From NCBI RefSeq assembly GCF_006345805.1, contig NC_043010.1, positions 7,254,001 to 7,318,000 of the forward strand: 64,000 nucleotides of DNA, given 5' to 3'. This DNA is from Octopus sinensis. Its lineage: Eukaryota. A model generated the notes under the pieces. The model made no database searches and was not told the DNA's origin. It worked only from the letters and a program-made list of their open reading frames with translations. Every line of letters begins with the position of its first letter. The stretch's first letter is position 1. Below, in pieces: positions 1 to 16,402 of this stretch. A program made the position numbers and the translations under genes.

Positions 1-769
1 GTTAATCAGTATGAAAATTTATGAGCGCTAATGATAATTCATATCAAGGAAGGATAAAGGAGAGAACTCTGAAATCCAGCATTTGAGTATTATAACCATG
101 AATTTTGTTTCTAAGTGTTTTTGTATTTGAACCCTACCAGAATAATAATACAACTTCAATAAAATCATAAATATTTGAAATCTGAAATTGATAATCCCCT
201 TGAGATCATGTTAAACTCATATGGATCATCTCATGGAATTTCTTTTACTGAATATTTCATATTTAATGAAAATGGCATTTATATATTTTTTATCCAGATA
301 ATTTTGTGATGATTAAAAATGCCTATCAAATTACAGATTAAATTAAATTGAAAATTCTATTGCTACACTGTATGCTCTTATCAAATTAGAACATTCCACC
401 ATGAAGTTCATATCACCAATATTCTGCTTTATTCTAATAACTCATAAAATATTCTTGGAAAACGCTTTGATTCCCAATAACTAATGTGATTGAGTAAAAA
501 TTAGAATTATTCTGGATGAGGAAGAAATCTTAGCAACTCTTCAGTTATTAAAAGGATCAATAACCAAAGTGTGAACGAAATCTTGTGAGGGTGTTTGGCT
601 GTTTTATCTATTTATTCATTTATTCAATCATTTATTTGTTACACAATACAGTAGTGTTTAATTTAAAAGGGAAAAGAGAAATGGGATCCACAGAAGTTGC
701 GGAAGATAACAAATTACTTTCGAGAAATCTAAAAACAAATAAATAAATAAATATATAAATAAGATGTAA

Positions 770-879
770 TGCCAAAATAATGATAATAATAATAATATAA
801 TAATAATAATGATAATAAATAATAATAATAATCATGATAATAATAATAATATAATAATATAATAATAATAATAATGATG

Positions 880-925
<46 letters not shown>

Positions 926-1064
926 TAATAATCATGATAATAATAATAATAATAATAATATATAATAATAATAATAATAATAATTAATAATAATAATAAT
1001 AATGATAATAATAATAATAATATAATAATAATAATAATCATGATAATGATAATGATAATAATAA

Positions 1065-1159
<95 letters not shown>

Positions 1160-1170
1160 TAATAATAATA
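770..1170. repeat. (TAA)n/(TGA)n microsatellite
   Basis: About 400 bp of imperfect trinucleotide repeat; produces the poly-I/poly-Y ORFs. Confidence 0.97.
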
Positions 1171-1754
1171 TTCAGTAATGTCAAAGGAAATCAAATATGA
1201 CAGATGAAAATTAAATCAGTTCAGAATAAAGATGGCTTCATTATTATTGCCTAATTACTCAACATAATAATCTAATTTTGAAGTGCTCGCAATATGTGGG
1301 GAGCCCTTCCATTTCTGATAATACTTGGCAAGGTGTAAGCAAAGCTTGCATCATCTTCATAGATAATTTATGCAACCCCTTTCCATGTGAATATTTATTT
1401 TTGCTATTTCTTTTGACACTTCTAAAAATCAATGTTCATGGATGCTTTTCCTTTCATATTGCACCAAGCATTTCAAATGTAATTCTAATGCTAATGATCA
1501 GAGGAACTGTACTTTGTATCTTTATATTTTCACTTCAGTGTATCTTATGGATCATTTGCCTTCAGAAACTGTAATCTAGTATCAACATTTTTTTACTGCT
1601 CTTTCTGTTAATAGTTGTCCAAGAAGTATGCGATCAAAACAGATTCTAACTCATATTAAGACAGTATCCTGTTTTCAATGATGATGAATGACAATTGCGA
1701 CACTATATGTCTGTAAGGTAACATAAACAGTGAAGTCAGTGCTAACAGATTTAA

Positions 1755-2170
1755 TACTCTTTTACTCTTTTACTTGTTTCAGTCATTTGACTGCGGCCAT
1801 GCTGGAGCACCGCCTTTAGTCCAGCAAATCGACCCTGGGACTTATTCTTTGTAAGCCCAGTACTTATTCTATCGGTCTCTTTTGCCGAACTGCTAAGTGA
1901 CAGGGACGTAAACACACCAGCATCGGTTGTCAAGCAATGCTGGGGGGACAAACACACACACACAAACATATACACACACACATATATATATATATATACA
2001 TATATATGACAGGCTTCTTTCAGTTTCCGTCTACCAAATCCACTCACAAGGCATTGATCGGCCCGGGGCTATAGCAGAAGACACTTGCCCAAGATGCCAC
2101 GCAGTGGGACTGAACCCGGAACCATGTGGTTGGTTAGCAAGCTACTTACCACACAGCCACTCCTGCTCCT
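1755..2170 (-). mobile_element. SINE family A (tRNA-derived head, CORE-like segment; OR-type octopus SINE), full length
   Basis: On the minus strand: GGAGTGGCTGTGTGGT (A box), GGTTCAGTCCC (B box), CTTGGGCAAGTGTC, internal (TA/TG)n, (GTAAAAGA)n tail. More than 10 similar copies in the window. Confidence 0.9.
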
Positions 2171-2387
2171 ATTATAATGTTATAATACTTATATCAATGG
2201 GAGGTAAACATCATTAAACAATAACTAAACAAAAAAAAGCAAGGATAACATAACATTTTTTAAAAATTGTTTCACATACTAGAATAATAATTAATTAGAA
2301 ATGAAAATATGCAATGTTGTTAGTGGAAAAATAGATTGATCTTTAGTAGACAGCGTTATGCTTCCATACATGATTCAGTCTTATTAA

Positions 2388-2608
2388 ACCTTTTGTTACC
2401 AACCTGGCTGAAACCGGCTCTGGCTCTGAGTACAAATGTCTTTTTTTCATAAATTTTGAATTAAAATCTCTCCATAAAATCTTAGTCACAATTTATGTTC
2501 CTAACACTAACTGAATGAAACCTAATTTGTTTTACTAAATTCTTTGTTATATTTAAAATAATTGAAAGAAACACAGAGCATCTCAAAATAAATACAGTAA
2601 TGAAAGGG
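2388..2608. mobile_element. piggyBac-like MITE
   Basis: TTAA on both sides (2384-2387, 2609-2612); imperfect TIRs ACCTTTTGTTAC / GTAATGAAAGGG. Confidence 0.7.
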
Positions 2609-3436
2609 TTAAACCTTCTTTGCAAAACATACTCATTCACAGTTTGCTAGTTCAGTAGATTTAGAGAAGCATTTATATACACAGAGATTGTACGTACACA
2701 ACTGTGACAAAACAACATAAAGGCTATGGAACATAACAAAGGATCCTCATGTGGATGGAAAATATATATTGAGGTATGCTTGAACATAGTTAATGTGACC
2801 AGTAGGGCATAAAATAAAATATGTTACTTAGTAAAAGATGAATTTTGTGTGTAGAAATTAGATTGTTTCTTATCTGCAACTTACTACAATTAATATAACA
2901 AATACTCAAAAATAAAAGAAATCAATATAACAATAAAAACCATTTTGGCATTTGAAGAGACAATGGCTGATCATTATTATTGGCAACTTTAAAGTATTGA
3001 CAATGGTAATATTTCAGACTTGGTTGTAATTTTTGAAACCCAAAGCAATAACATTCTCTTTCGAAATGTTTAGTATTGTGAGGTCAATGTTCTAGATAAA
3101 TTCCAAAAGTATTGCTTGATTAGAAAAAAAATATATTCATTGAGATACTACAAATAATAAGATCTAATCCAAGATCTCAGACATTTCTAATTATAATTTA
3201 TATTGTTAGATATTTTTTATTGCATACTCTTGAAATCTCTCCCAATTTAACTATCAAATGATTAGCTGCTGCATACTGTCTCAAAATATCCATTTGTGCA
3301 ATGATTAGAAGCCATTCACTGCATCGTACATTTTATCACTGCATAATTCCATTGAAGTTATACAGGGGAAACAACTCATTTTATTATTAGAATGTCTTCC
3401 TGTGATTTAAAATGTGTGGGATTTTTATATTGTTTA

Positions 3437-3952
3437 CTAGCAATATAGCCTGGCATTGCCCGGGATTAAGTTAGGATTATTAAGCTAATCAAGCGCTTTG
3501 TTTCAAACCAAACTAAGCAACCCAATGTGAAATTTGAGCACGTTGAAATTGGTAAATGTTTTTTTTGCGAATGAAAATAAGAGATTTGCAGCCTATTAGG
3601 AGGTCAGGATACTTGATTACGTGCAAAAAATCCGAGTTTTTTTCCCTTAGTGAAAATCGTGCAGGTGTTAATCTAAAAATTTACCCTTTGTTTATTTTTC
3701 ACCATTGATAGACAGGGGGCTTAACTCATGTTAGTAAACTTACGGATTTCGCCGACGTGGAAATTGGAAACAGTTATGGTTGAAAATCGATTTTTACCAT
3801 TATCTGCAGGTGCCTCAGGAAAAATAAGTTGACGAAAACACAGCCATGGTCGTGACCAATGTCCTGCTAAAAGTGGAGCGACATGTGTGCTAATTTGTGG
3901 ACATGCATAAATTACATTAACGTACACACACACGCATATTTATGGATATAGA
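3437..3952 (-). mobile_element. Non-autonomous Helitron
   Basis: Minus strand reads A|TCTATAT...CCCGGGCAATGCCAGG (hairpin)...CTAG|T: 5' TC, subterminal GC hairpin, 3' CTAG, AT target, no TSD. Confidence 0.75.
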
Positions 3953-4512
3953 TGAATATTTTTCATAACTAGCCACACAAATAAGCAAAATTTAAAAACT
4001 CATACTCCTATAAATTTTAATATGCCAAAACACGTCCCACACCTGATAAAAAGTGACATTTTTATTGAACTGTTTAAAAGTTAAACTGTTGGAAATCAGC
4101 TGATGACTTAGCCGAGTAAAGCTGAGAGGGAAAAAAACACAAATATGTGTATTTTATGCTTCTATACATCTTTACCATATTCCTAAATTTCACATTCAAA
4201 CTTCTAATCCCACCAAATACTATGAAGAAATGATTATGTTCCTTGAAGTTACTGTCCACTGAGAATCCTTTTTGTATGGAAATATATTTTGATACATCAA
4301 ATAAGAACCATCAAATGAAAGATAAATAATAAAGAAAAGAGCAACCAAAAGGAAGGATATGATAGAAAAGAGATAATATAATCTAAAGTAACATCAGTTG
4401 GTTAAGACATCTGATGATTTTCACTACAATAAATTTTGTAAAAAAGTCTATTTTTACTATATGTCTGTGTATGGTTCACGAAACACTTAGAAGGATTTAA
4501 CAGCTGTTATTG

Positions 4513-4632
4513 CAAGGCTTTGGTCGACATGAGGCTATAGTAGAAGACACTTGCCCAAAGTGCCATGCAGTGGGACTGAACCCGGAACCATCTGGTTGGT
4601 AAACAAGCTACTTACCACACAGCCACTCCTGC
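4513..4632 (-). mobile_element. SINE family A, 5' fragment
   Basis: Matches head and CORE-like part of family A. Confidence 0.85.
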
Positions 4633-5221
4633 TATGAATATGTTTGTGAATGTTTACACTTCATGTGACTAAAACAGCGACATTTTCTTGACATACCCTG
4701 TTAACAAATTATGCCAATGCTCATTGTTTTCGGAAGATAAATGAATAAATAATTCCAGATTTGAAAAACAGGTGAGGGAAAGCAACAGGGAAGATTTCTT
4801 ATGGTAAAAAGATTTCACAATAATAAGTTTCCATCTAACCCATGCTAGGACTGAAAAATGGATGTAAAACGAATAATTTATTCACCCTAGAGACAATACA
4901 TTGCTTTCCAACTTTCCCAAGATTTCCATAAATATCAGAAAATGAAAATTGAGGCATATTTCAGTTTCTTTTCTTTATTGCTTTATTCTGAAATTCATAA
5001 ATGTAGATTAATTAAATTCTTATAAGCCATAAAATATGAATGCTCAGAAAATATCATTTTACACTGGCTTATTTGCCTCTCATGACACAGAAAATAACTG
5101 ACTAAGGAGTAGAAAAGAAGATGATAGGAAAGCAACTCTATTTCAAAACAAGACAAAAAAAATATATAAATAATGTTTGTAACAAATGGCTTGAAATAAC
5201 AAGAGCAGATAAACATACGTG

Positions 5222-6045
<824 letters not shown>

Positions 6046-6842
6046 TTTCCGAATATGCGTTGATACCATAAAAAAAAATAATATACGAAATTATAAATCA
6101 AAAACAATAAAAAATCAAGAAATCTCTTTTTTGACAATGAAATGAAACTAAGGAATATGCAATAAATCAAAGACGGTATAGAAACTATTTTAGTGAGATG
6201 AGTATAGAAAGTGATGGTATAGTATTTTAATGGTGCGGATTTAGATGCTTTACAATTTTATGGCTTCAACATAGCATTAGAATTGAAAATATCCAAAATA
6301 CTTGGCATTTTGCAAATAGCAATATTTGATAGTGAATAGATTATGGATCGGATTTTTGCAGCTTGCCAAGACTCATGACACATAATCAAATGGTGGTGAA
6401 TGAAATGATAAAGGAGCAGTGGAATAAGAGATTCAGCAACAATATGTAGCTGTATTGGCAGGGATCATATATCTTGAAATTGGCATGCATACTGCAATTT
6501 GAAATCTAGCTAGCTTGAGGACATCGTTTAAATGTCCTTTGTGTTTTGTCTTCAATTGTTTTTGTTATTTTAGTCTAGTTCTTGTAGAATATATCAAGAA
6601 GTACATTTTGTGTATGTATGTACGTATGTATGTATGAATGCCTCGCACAAACATATATGCACGCAAAGATATAAACGTACGTATGCACACGCGAGTTCAA
6701 ATATAAGAAGGTAGAAAAATAGAATGGCAAGCATAGATTTTTGCATGATATAGTTGCACACAGAGACTAAACTGAATAATTACAAACACATTCTGGAATG
6801 AAACATAATAGAGATTGAAAATATCTTTGAAATAATACATAT

Positions 6843-7125
<283 letters not shown>

Positions 7126-7452
7126 AGTGCAGAACATCAAAGATGCTAGTGGGGTTTATTTCTGCCTCCACCTTTTTGTTATTTCCTCACATCTAGTTTG
7201 ATATAATACACTAATCCCCCCCTCTCTCTCTCACTATCTCTCACTATCTTTATTTCTCTATCTATCTATCTATCTATCCTATCTATCTATCTATCTATCT
7301 ATCATATATGTATCTATTTATCATTTTCTCCCAAATTCATTCACTCTTTACACCACTGTCATTTTCAGAAATTATCTCTCTATTTCCCTTTCACTTCCAC
7401 ATAGTTTTATCTTTCTTGTTCCCACCTTATCTCTCTTACCTATGTAATCTCT

Positions 7453-7497
<45 letters not shown>

Positions 7498-7952
7498 TTT
7501 CTTTTCTATTGCTTTTTATCTAACTACCTTTTCAGGTAACTACCCACCTCACACGTTGCTGACTCCCAGTATCCTACTAGGAATATGACTGTCAGTATCT
7601 CACTTAGGTATCAATCTATTTAATTCACCGGCCGATATATTCCTATACATTCATCTCTATCAGTGCAGCAACCACTGTTTTCCCTTTCTAGAGTATGACA
7701 AACAGAGGCAAGCAAAGCAACAAAAATTTTGAACCAAAAATTAATGTATTATATAGTAAAATGTATATGTATACAACACAGTCCAGTTTCCCACAAAGAT
7801 TGTTGTTTAGCCTAGGATCAAACCCCAGAATTTGAATAGTAATTCACATTGCTAAATAAAAGCAACGTCATCACCCATACAAACGGCGTCATTGTTTACA
7901 ATTTGCTGTGTAAACAACCCTATTCTTGTTGTGAAGGACTGGGGGATATATA

Positions 7953-8183
7953 TATTTCTTTACTACCCACAAGGGGCTAAACACAGAGGAGACAAACAAG
8001 GACAGACAAAGGGATTAAGTCGATTACATCGACCCCAGTGCGTAACTGGTACTTAATTTATCGACCCCGGAAGGATGAAAGGCAAAGTCGACCTCGGCGG
8101 AATTTGAACTCGGAACGTAACAGCAGACAAAATACGGCAACGCATTTCGCTCGGCGTGCTAACGTTTCTGCCAGCTCGCCACC
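7953..8183 (-). mobile_element. SINE family B (tRNA-derived, Meta/MESC-like core)
   Basis: Minus strand GGCGAGCTGGCAGAAACGTTAGCAC...GAGTTCAAATTCC...GCCTTTCATCCTTCCGGGGTCGATAAATTAAGTACCAG; several copies in the window. Confidence 0.85.
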
Positions 8184-10283
8184 TATATGAGGGATATATA
8201 GTTACTTGAATACAGGTGGAAGTTGGCAACAAAAATAACACCTGGCTGTAAAAAAATTACTCCAGTAAGATTTGTCTGATACATACCAGCATGGAAAAGC
8301 AAATGTTAAAAACAATGATGATTTTATGCAAACTGTGTGTATTTAAAAATCTTTGTTGGTCTACCAGTATCAAACTTGTTCCCCATTATCAAATCACAAT
8401 GCATTAAGAAATGTGTACCAATCATTTATATTTCATGAATATACTTGAAACAATCACATGTTCATTCTGTATTCATCAATTAATGATTCTGATGGATACC
8501 ATATTCTTCATCTTTATTAGAAGTTAATGTCATTTATTCTATTGGAAATATTCATCTCACTCCTCTCCATTCAGGGTGGATCATTTGTATACATTGGCAT
8601 ATATTTTGCTTCACTGCCATTTCTAAGAGATGACTTAAAGTACTCCAGTGACTTCTTAGACATGACAACCAAATCTCTCTCAAATCATGCCCTGCTATCT
8701 TCAACAAGACAGGAAACATTGGGGAACAAATATAGTCCTGGCTGTACTGTATGGAAATATGACAGGATGGTCATGGCTTTGAATGTGTTTGTTAATAGGG
8801 CAGCTTGATTAGAGTTGACTTTGGGTATGACACCTAAAGCAACAATCCTTATGCATATCTCATCAAGTTTGATTTTATTTATAAACAGAAAAAATAGATA
8901 TAAACTTAGACTTAAACTTAGATAAACTTAGATATGTTTCGACCAAAGATTGGTCCAGGCCATGTCCAACTTAATAGCACCACCTGATATCGACGTATAT
9001 ATATATATATACGTTGACTATGACAGTTTCTAACCTAAATTTTCATTCTACATATATTATGAGAAAAATGGCTACATGTCTGGTTAATAAATTTGACACT
9101 GGATTTTTCAAAATCTCTTCAGTCTTATAAAGAATGAACGAAGCAAGCACAAAAGCTGATGTAAAATTGCTGAAGCAATTCTCATCAATTTTTAATCAAT
9201 AGGCAGGAAAACAGCAAGGAACTTGAACTTCACCTGTATGGTGACTAAATGCCTGACACACAACTAATTTATTGAGTGCTTTACCCATAACACTCGTATG
9301 AACATAACTTGCATAAATATAGACATTTCTGACTTTAAACATCCAAATGCTGTCATTTATTTATGAGTGTTCTTTGAAAAAGAAAAAAAGAAAAAAACTT
9401 TGATAATGAAAGTAAAAAAAAAAGAAACTTAATATATTGGATTGGCAAATGAATTTAGAAGCTTTATGTTTTTTTATTTATCATCTATCTAGTATCAAAA
9501 ATAATATCATTTTTGAAAATCTCAGCATTAAAAGAAATGACTGTGAGCATGCATGCACGCATGTGTGTGTGTGTGTGAATTTAATAATGCACATTCTGTC
9601 AAAATTTTATGCTGAATTGTAAAATCACTGCTTCCATTGATAAATAAATATACTCAGAGACTCCTCAGAGTAAATATTTTGGTAAATAATGTCCAGGTTG
9701 AGAGCTTCTTAATTAACAGTTTCTCGATATTGATTACTCATCTATATATATACATCAGTTAATGTAGATAGTCACTGATCCGTCATTTTTCTTTCACAAT
9801 TTAGGAGGTAGTATAGTTTGATCCCATTGTGTTTGCGTTAATGAGTGTAGATAATGGGACCTATCAGAGTTCAAAGTTCATAGCAGGACAATCCTATACT
9901 TGATTTCTTATATTTGGTTGTTAATTGATAATTACAATTACAATTCATCTTCGTGGATATTTATGTCAGTATTTATATGTATATGTGTGCATCTATGTAT
10001 GCATGCTTATATATTATAAGTGTATGTGTATTTATATATAGCCATGATACTGTTGTTTACAATTAACACATAATATCAAGGCAAGAACACGCATGTGCAC
10101 ACACACACACGTGTGCACACATGCACCCCCTCTCCCACACACATAAAATGAGCTTCTTTCACTTTCCATCTGTCAAATCTACCCACAAGACTATAGTGTC
10201 ATGAATTGGGACTGAATTTGAGATCTCATGGCTGGGAAGCAAGCTTCTAAAAAAAAACAGTCATTCCTGAGCCAATTATATCA

Positions 10284-10665
10284 TTGCTATTATGTCAAAC
10301 AGTCGTATGTCCAAATTTGGCCAAATGTGGTTTTTTTTTTCAATATCTAATTTTGCTTGCAATAGCCAGTTCTTTTGGTCAAACTGTTGTATGTCCAGCT
10401 GCTTCAGATGAAGATTGTCAAAGGGTAGTACAACAGTTAGAATTTTTCAAAAGTGCATTAAGCCCCACATACAACAGTTTTGCAAAACTATTTCTGGCTG
10501 AAAATATTATATATGCATGGAGTTACGATTTTATGCACCCAACACAGTATTATTGTTAATCTGAAATTGTTGCTAATGTAAAAAGAAACGGAATTGTGAA
10601 ATTATTTTTTTTCCTTTTCTGAAAAAGCAACGTTTTGGACTTACAACACTTTTGCATAATAGCAA
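10284..10665. mobile_element. TIR-bounded non-autonomous DNA element, superfamily unassigned
   Basis: TTGCTATTATGTCAAACAGTCGTATGTCCAAA versus the reverse complement of the right end TTGCTATTATGCAAAAGTGTTGTAAGTCCAAA; internal repeats of the AAACTGTTGTATGT motif. Confidence 0.6.
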
Positions 10666-11008
10666 CAATATTTATATTCCCGGATGAATTAGGTTTTGCT
10701 TGTGGCATATGAATTATCAAAGCTGTATGCTAGTTTCATAAAAGTATATGTTTGAAACTTGAGTTACTCAGGTTATTTTATTTTAATTTGAATAAAAACA
10801 ATGAAAATAACTTGTACATATTAACTCAAACAAAAATAACCAAAAAAACAATCTGTCCACAAAAGCATTAAATTAATCATTGTTGCTCTGTTTTGTTTTA
10901 TTGAAAGTCTATGATATGAATACTAAATTGATATTTATAAAGCTGCTGAATGATAATATAACAAGCATCTCAATGTATGTGTAACATCTGCTGTTCTTAT
11001 ATCCATTA

Positions 11009-11400
11009 CTAGCAGTATCGCCCGGCGTCGCTCGGGTTTGTTTCGGCCCTTTAGAATTGGAATTTTTGAAAAGTAAAAATTTTGCATTATGTAGCTTGTT
11101 TTTCTCTTTAAGTGAACATTTTTATGGTTGAAATACACCGGAAAATAGCGACACAACAGTAAAAAAATCGTTAAAAAATAGGGATTTTCATAGGGAAAAA
11201 GCACCTTTTTGATGTGAATAATTTTTGGTGTTAACATGGTCAGATTTGAATTTTTCTTCTACGGACGAATAAATAAGCATTCTTCTATCATACTCTCAAT
11301 TTTGGTCAACTTGCGTCGCAGGGTCTCGGAGAAGATAGTGTTAGTTGAAGGCTACCAAACCTGCCATACACAGACAACTTCAGCCCTACATATATAAAGA
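11009..11400 (-). mobile_element. Non-autonomous Helitron (second family)
   Basis: Minus strand A|TCTTTATAT...CCCGAGCGACGCCGGG (hairpin)...CTAG|T. Confidence 0.75.
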
Positions 11401-12287
11401 TTTGAGCAGTCTAAAATAAATTAGTCAAAGAGGATGAAGTAGTAATATTCATGATCTTTGCATGTACACTAAACCATTGAGCTTGATATGAAGATTGAAC
11501 ATCTACATAAACCAACACTTTTAAATGAAGCTCTGTGATATTTATTTTGTAAATGTCACACAATAAACCTTCCTCTCTCTCTCACCATCATAAATGCTAT
11601 GAGCCAGTGATAAGCATACTGGAAAGATGTAGCCAACATCTCTATTGGTCCCCCCCAGATATCATGAAATAAACAGTTACGGTTTTTAATAATTAGAAAG
11701 ACAATGGTGTTGCAATAACTTTGAGAGTTGATGATTATAATCATTATGTTAGAAACAATATTAACATCTTAGGGCTTCCACACTCTTGATATTGATCATG
11801 TTTTAGATGGGTTTTACAAAGAATCAAATGCTGGATAGTATCAAAGCTTTACAAGTGAGCACTAATATTTCTCAGTAAACATATTGAAAATTTCTGTAAA
11901 AGGTTTTTGAGAAAAGATATTAAAGAGAAACTTCATGAAGCATGAACAAGATACGGAATTGTCTTCAAACAAGATTGTTGTTAGGCAAGTAAGAAATGAA
12001 CATAATAAAAAAAATAGAATTAAAGGAAGCCTTTACATCTTCCTATATTGTGGGCATATATGTATACTTTAATACACAACTACATGCCCACCCATGCACA
12101 TGCATGCACACAGACACACAGACATAGACACAGACACACACACACACACACACACACATACACAGAGCTAACCCTAAATAAACAAAGACATGGAGTTTTG
12201 GAATATTGGGAACTGGATCAAAATTAAACTACACATAACTTAATTTAAACCGTTGAGTCTGTTTTTTTTTTACTTCGTTCATACATT

Positions 12288-12716
12288 TACTCTTTACTCT
12301 CTCTTTTACTCTTTTACATGTTTCAGTCATCTGACTGCGGCCATGCTGGAGCACCGCCTTTAGTCGAGCAAATCGACCCCGGGACTTATTCTTTGTAAGC
12401 CCAGTACTTATTCTATCGGTCTCTTTTGCCGAACCGCTAAGTGACTGGGACGTAAACATACCAGCATCGGTTGTCAAGCAATGCTTGGGGTACAAACATA
12501 GACACACAAACACATACATATACATACATATACATATATATATACATATATACGACAGGCTTCTTTCAGTTTCCATCTACCAAATCCACTCACAAGGCAT
12601 TGGTCGGCCCGGAGCAATAGCAGAAGACACTTGCCCAAGATGCCATGCAGTGGGACTGAACCCGGAACCATGTGGTTGGTTAGCAAGCTACTTACCACAC
12701 AGCCACTCCTGTGCCT
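12288..12716 (-). mobile_element. SINE family A, full length
   Basis: Near-identical to other family A copies. Confidence 0.92.
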
Positions 12717-13114
12717 ACTTAATAAATCTTTCAAATCTTGGCACAAGGCCAGCAATTTTTGTGGAGAGAAAGGTTGAATACATCATTACCAGAACTTGAC
12801 TAGTACTTTATTTTATCAACTGTGAAAGAATTAGAAGACCTTGGTGGTATTTAGACTCAGATCATAAAGAACAAAAGGAAGGGTCACGAAATATTTTGTC
12901 TGGCACAGTAACGATTCTGCCAGCTTGCACCTTACTCTTTACATTTAATTTTCATTTTCATTTTCATTTATTCATCATGGATTGGATGGAAATTTCTTGG
13001 AGTAGAATTTTCTGACCAAATGCCTTTCCTGTTGCAACCCACCCTTCCTGTTTTCCAAGTAAGCTTTGCAAAGCAAACATCCTAACCTCACAGACATTGC
13101 CTACACTTAATATT

Positions 13115-13254
13115 TATTTCTTTACTACCTACAAGGGACTAAACACAGAGGGGACAAACAAGGACAGACAAACGGATTAAGTCGATTATATCGACCCCAG
13201 TGCATAACTGGTACTTAATTTATCGACCCTGAAAGGATGAAAGGCAAAGTCAAC
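13115..13254 (-). mobile_element. SINE family B, 5'-truncated
   Basis: 3' half of family B; flanked by ACACTTAATATT / ACACTTAGTATT, a probable TSD. Confidence 0.85.
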
Positions 13255-14899
13255 ACTTAGTATTGTAAATTTCTTATGAACTGCTCTGCCTTTTGAGCAA
13301 GTGACATAAGTACAGTTCCTCTATTCCTTTATTCAATTTCACTTGTCTTAAATGATTTCTAGAAGTATAGACAACTTTAAATGATCATAAGGCACATAAT
13401 TCTGAACAGAATAATATTGATAAAAATGTATTTCCTTTTAAAACTAAGTCCAACAGCAACTACACAGAAAATAATGGAATAAAAATGTACATACTGATTG
13501 TTCATTTATCAATGATATATATATATGAAAAATGAATAATTTTTGTTATTTCCTTCTTTGCAAGAAGTGAACAAATCAAGATGTATCACATTAAAATGGT
13601 TGTGGCCATTTTTACCATAAACAGTTGATTCACACATTAAAATGGAACCAATACTTTCAGTAGAAAATTCCCAACTGAAGAGACAGAAATAAGCTTAACA
13701 CTGAAAAGGCCAGATAAAGATTTACTTCACAAGGAATAGGAATTTAATAGTTAAATTTGTGTTTCTGTATAGATGGCAGTGTCTGTATGTGGATTTGCAT
13801 ATGTATTGCTCTTATTTATCAGACAAGAATATAAACACTAGCATGAAAAGGAGATAGACTTCTGCTTTTCAACTAAAGTCCTGTGAGATGTTTGTTCTGC
13901 ACCAAGTGAAAGATACTTACTTTCTTTAGTGCTCTTGTTGTTACAATGCAGAACTAGTGGTTAGCTGATTAGAAGCCTGTAGCCAACAATACTACTCTTC
14001 ACAAAACGTGATATTAGATAAGACCAGTAAATATGAAAAAGAACAACAGGGGGGGGGAGAGATATTGACAGACATAATGTGTATATATGTGTGAGTGTGT
14101 GATGCATGTGTGTGTGTGTGTGATGCATGTGTGTGTGTGTGAACAAGAATTTAGGGAAGAAAGACATAAAGCCTGATATCAATGTATATAATGAATTTGC
14201 TGCTGGGAATGATTGAGTGGAACTATTCTCAAAGACATTGAAGAAGGAACAGACATGTGCTGGTGTGGCAGGAATTTTATGAAGAGGTAAAAAGGAAAAA
14301 AAACAAAAAAAACATTTAAAAACAAAATAAAAAAACAACAAAAAAAAAACCCCAATGATATTTTTCATTAAGAAGTAAGTTGATGAGATAGTAAATTCTT
14401 ACTCCATCTCTGGGTTTCTCATAATACCAATTTGATCTCCTTTTTCCTCTACTTCTCCATTAGGCATTCAATGATAAGATAAATTAACTTATCCTTGAGA
14501 AATTGCTATTGTTAATTAAATTTATTGTTATCTGCTGCAGCAAAGATGTGCATTAATGCAACTTCTAAGATGCCATTATGGAAAATAATAAGTAATATAG
14601 CACATAATTTACTAATGAAGCAGTTTTTTTTTTTTTTCATTTCCTTCATGAAAAATATATCTTCCACATATTCATATTGTCAATAGGTTAGTTGGATACA
14701 TTGTTCCTTATTTTAACATTCATTATAATTCAGGAAAGCATCTACCATGAATACTGAACAATTTTCGGTTATGATATTAATGCTCAGAATAACTATGGAA
14801 AGAGTAAAATAGAGTATCAATTATTTACACAAAAATACATAGATGTACATTAAGATATTACAAACAACTGATATGCAGATTCACACATAAAACACAGGC

Positions 14900-15300
<401 letters not shown>

Positions 15301-15639
15301 TTCATATCCACATAAATAGAAATATTCTGCTTTTCTAGTTACCATGTTTCCATTAGTAACAATGGATATTGTGTAAATTGAAATTTATTTTTTTATATTT
15401 TATTAATTATTTATTTTATAATTTTTTATATATATATTTTTTTTCTCTCATTTCTGAAAGAGATAGTGAAACTTCCATTGAATTAAATATTGCTTAACTC
15501 CCTTTAACCCAGAGTATAAGATCTGATACTAGCATATTCATTGTTCAAAAACATCTTGCAAAAATAATATAGCATTGTCTACAAATAACAACACGAGCAT
15601 GCGTGCACACACACACACATTCACATTTACATTTACATA

Positions 15640-15651
15640 ACTATCTATCTA

Positions 15652-15702
<51 letters not shown>

Positions 15703-15715
15703 ATCTATCTATCAA

Positions 15716-15785
<70 letters not shown>

Positions 15786-15815
15786 CACATATATATATAC
15801 ATATATATATATATA

Positions 15816-15848
<33 letters not shown>

Positions 15849-15849
15849 T

Positions 15850-15905
<56 letters not shown>

Positions 15906-15917
15906 ATATATATTATG

Positions 15918-15954
<37 letters not shown>

Positions 15955-15960
15955 ATATAT
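15640..15960. repeat. (CTAT)n/(CT)n/(TA)n microsatellite
   Basis: Direct inspection. Confidence 0.95.
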
Positions 15961-16402
15961 TTTACATACATTCATTCAAAATACACTCACACATATACTA
16001 TATATTTAGGAAATACACTATGACACAATCTCCTAAGTGACTGAAACACTACACAAATTAGCAACTGTACTCAAATGTATACTTGTACACACTTATACAC
16101 AGTAAGTTTAGATGTATTAAACTAATGTAAACTTGAATAGTCATATACATAGTAGAACCATATATATACCTTTATGAAAACATAAATATTTAAGCATATA
16201 CATGGGTATCTAAGTATATAGGTGTGTTTAGATGTATACAGCTTCATATTTTTATATGTTGGCACTCACGTACTTTAAATTATATCCACAAATATGTCTG
16301 TAGCTATATGCAAGGACATACACAGATATACTCCAATATACATACATACACAAAACACATACACACACAGATAAACATATGTATCTATTCATATTATAAA
16401 TA

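Noticed and set aside
1-600. Coding-looking AT-rich stretch
   Set aside because: No long open frame or recognisable motif.
13921-13976. Small minus-strand exon ending at a GTAAGT donor
   Set aside because: Stops in all three frames and a weak acceptor.
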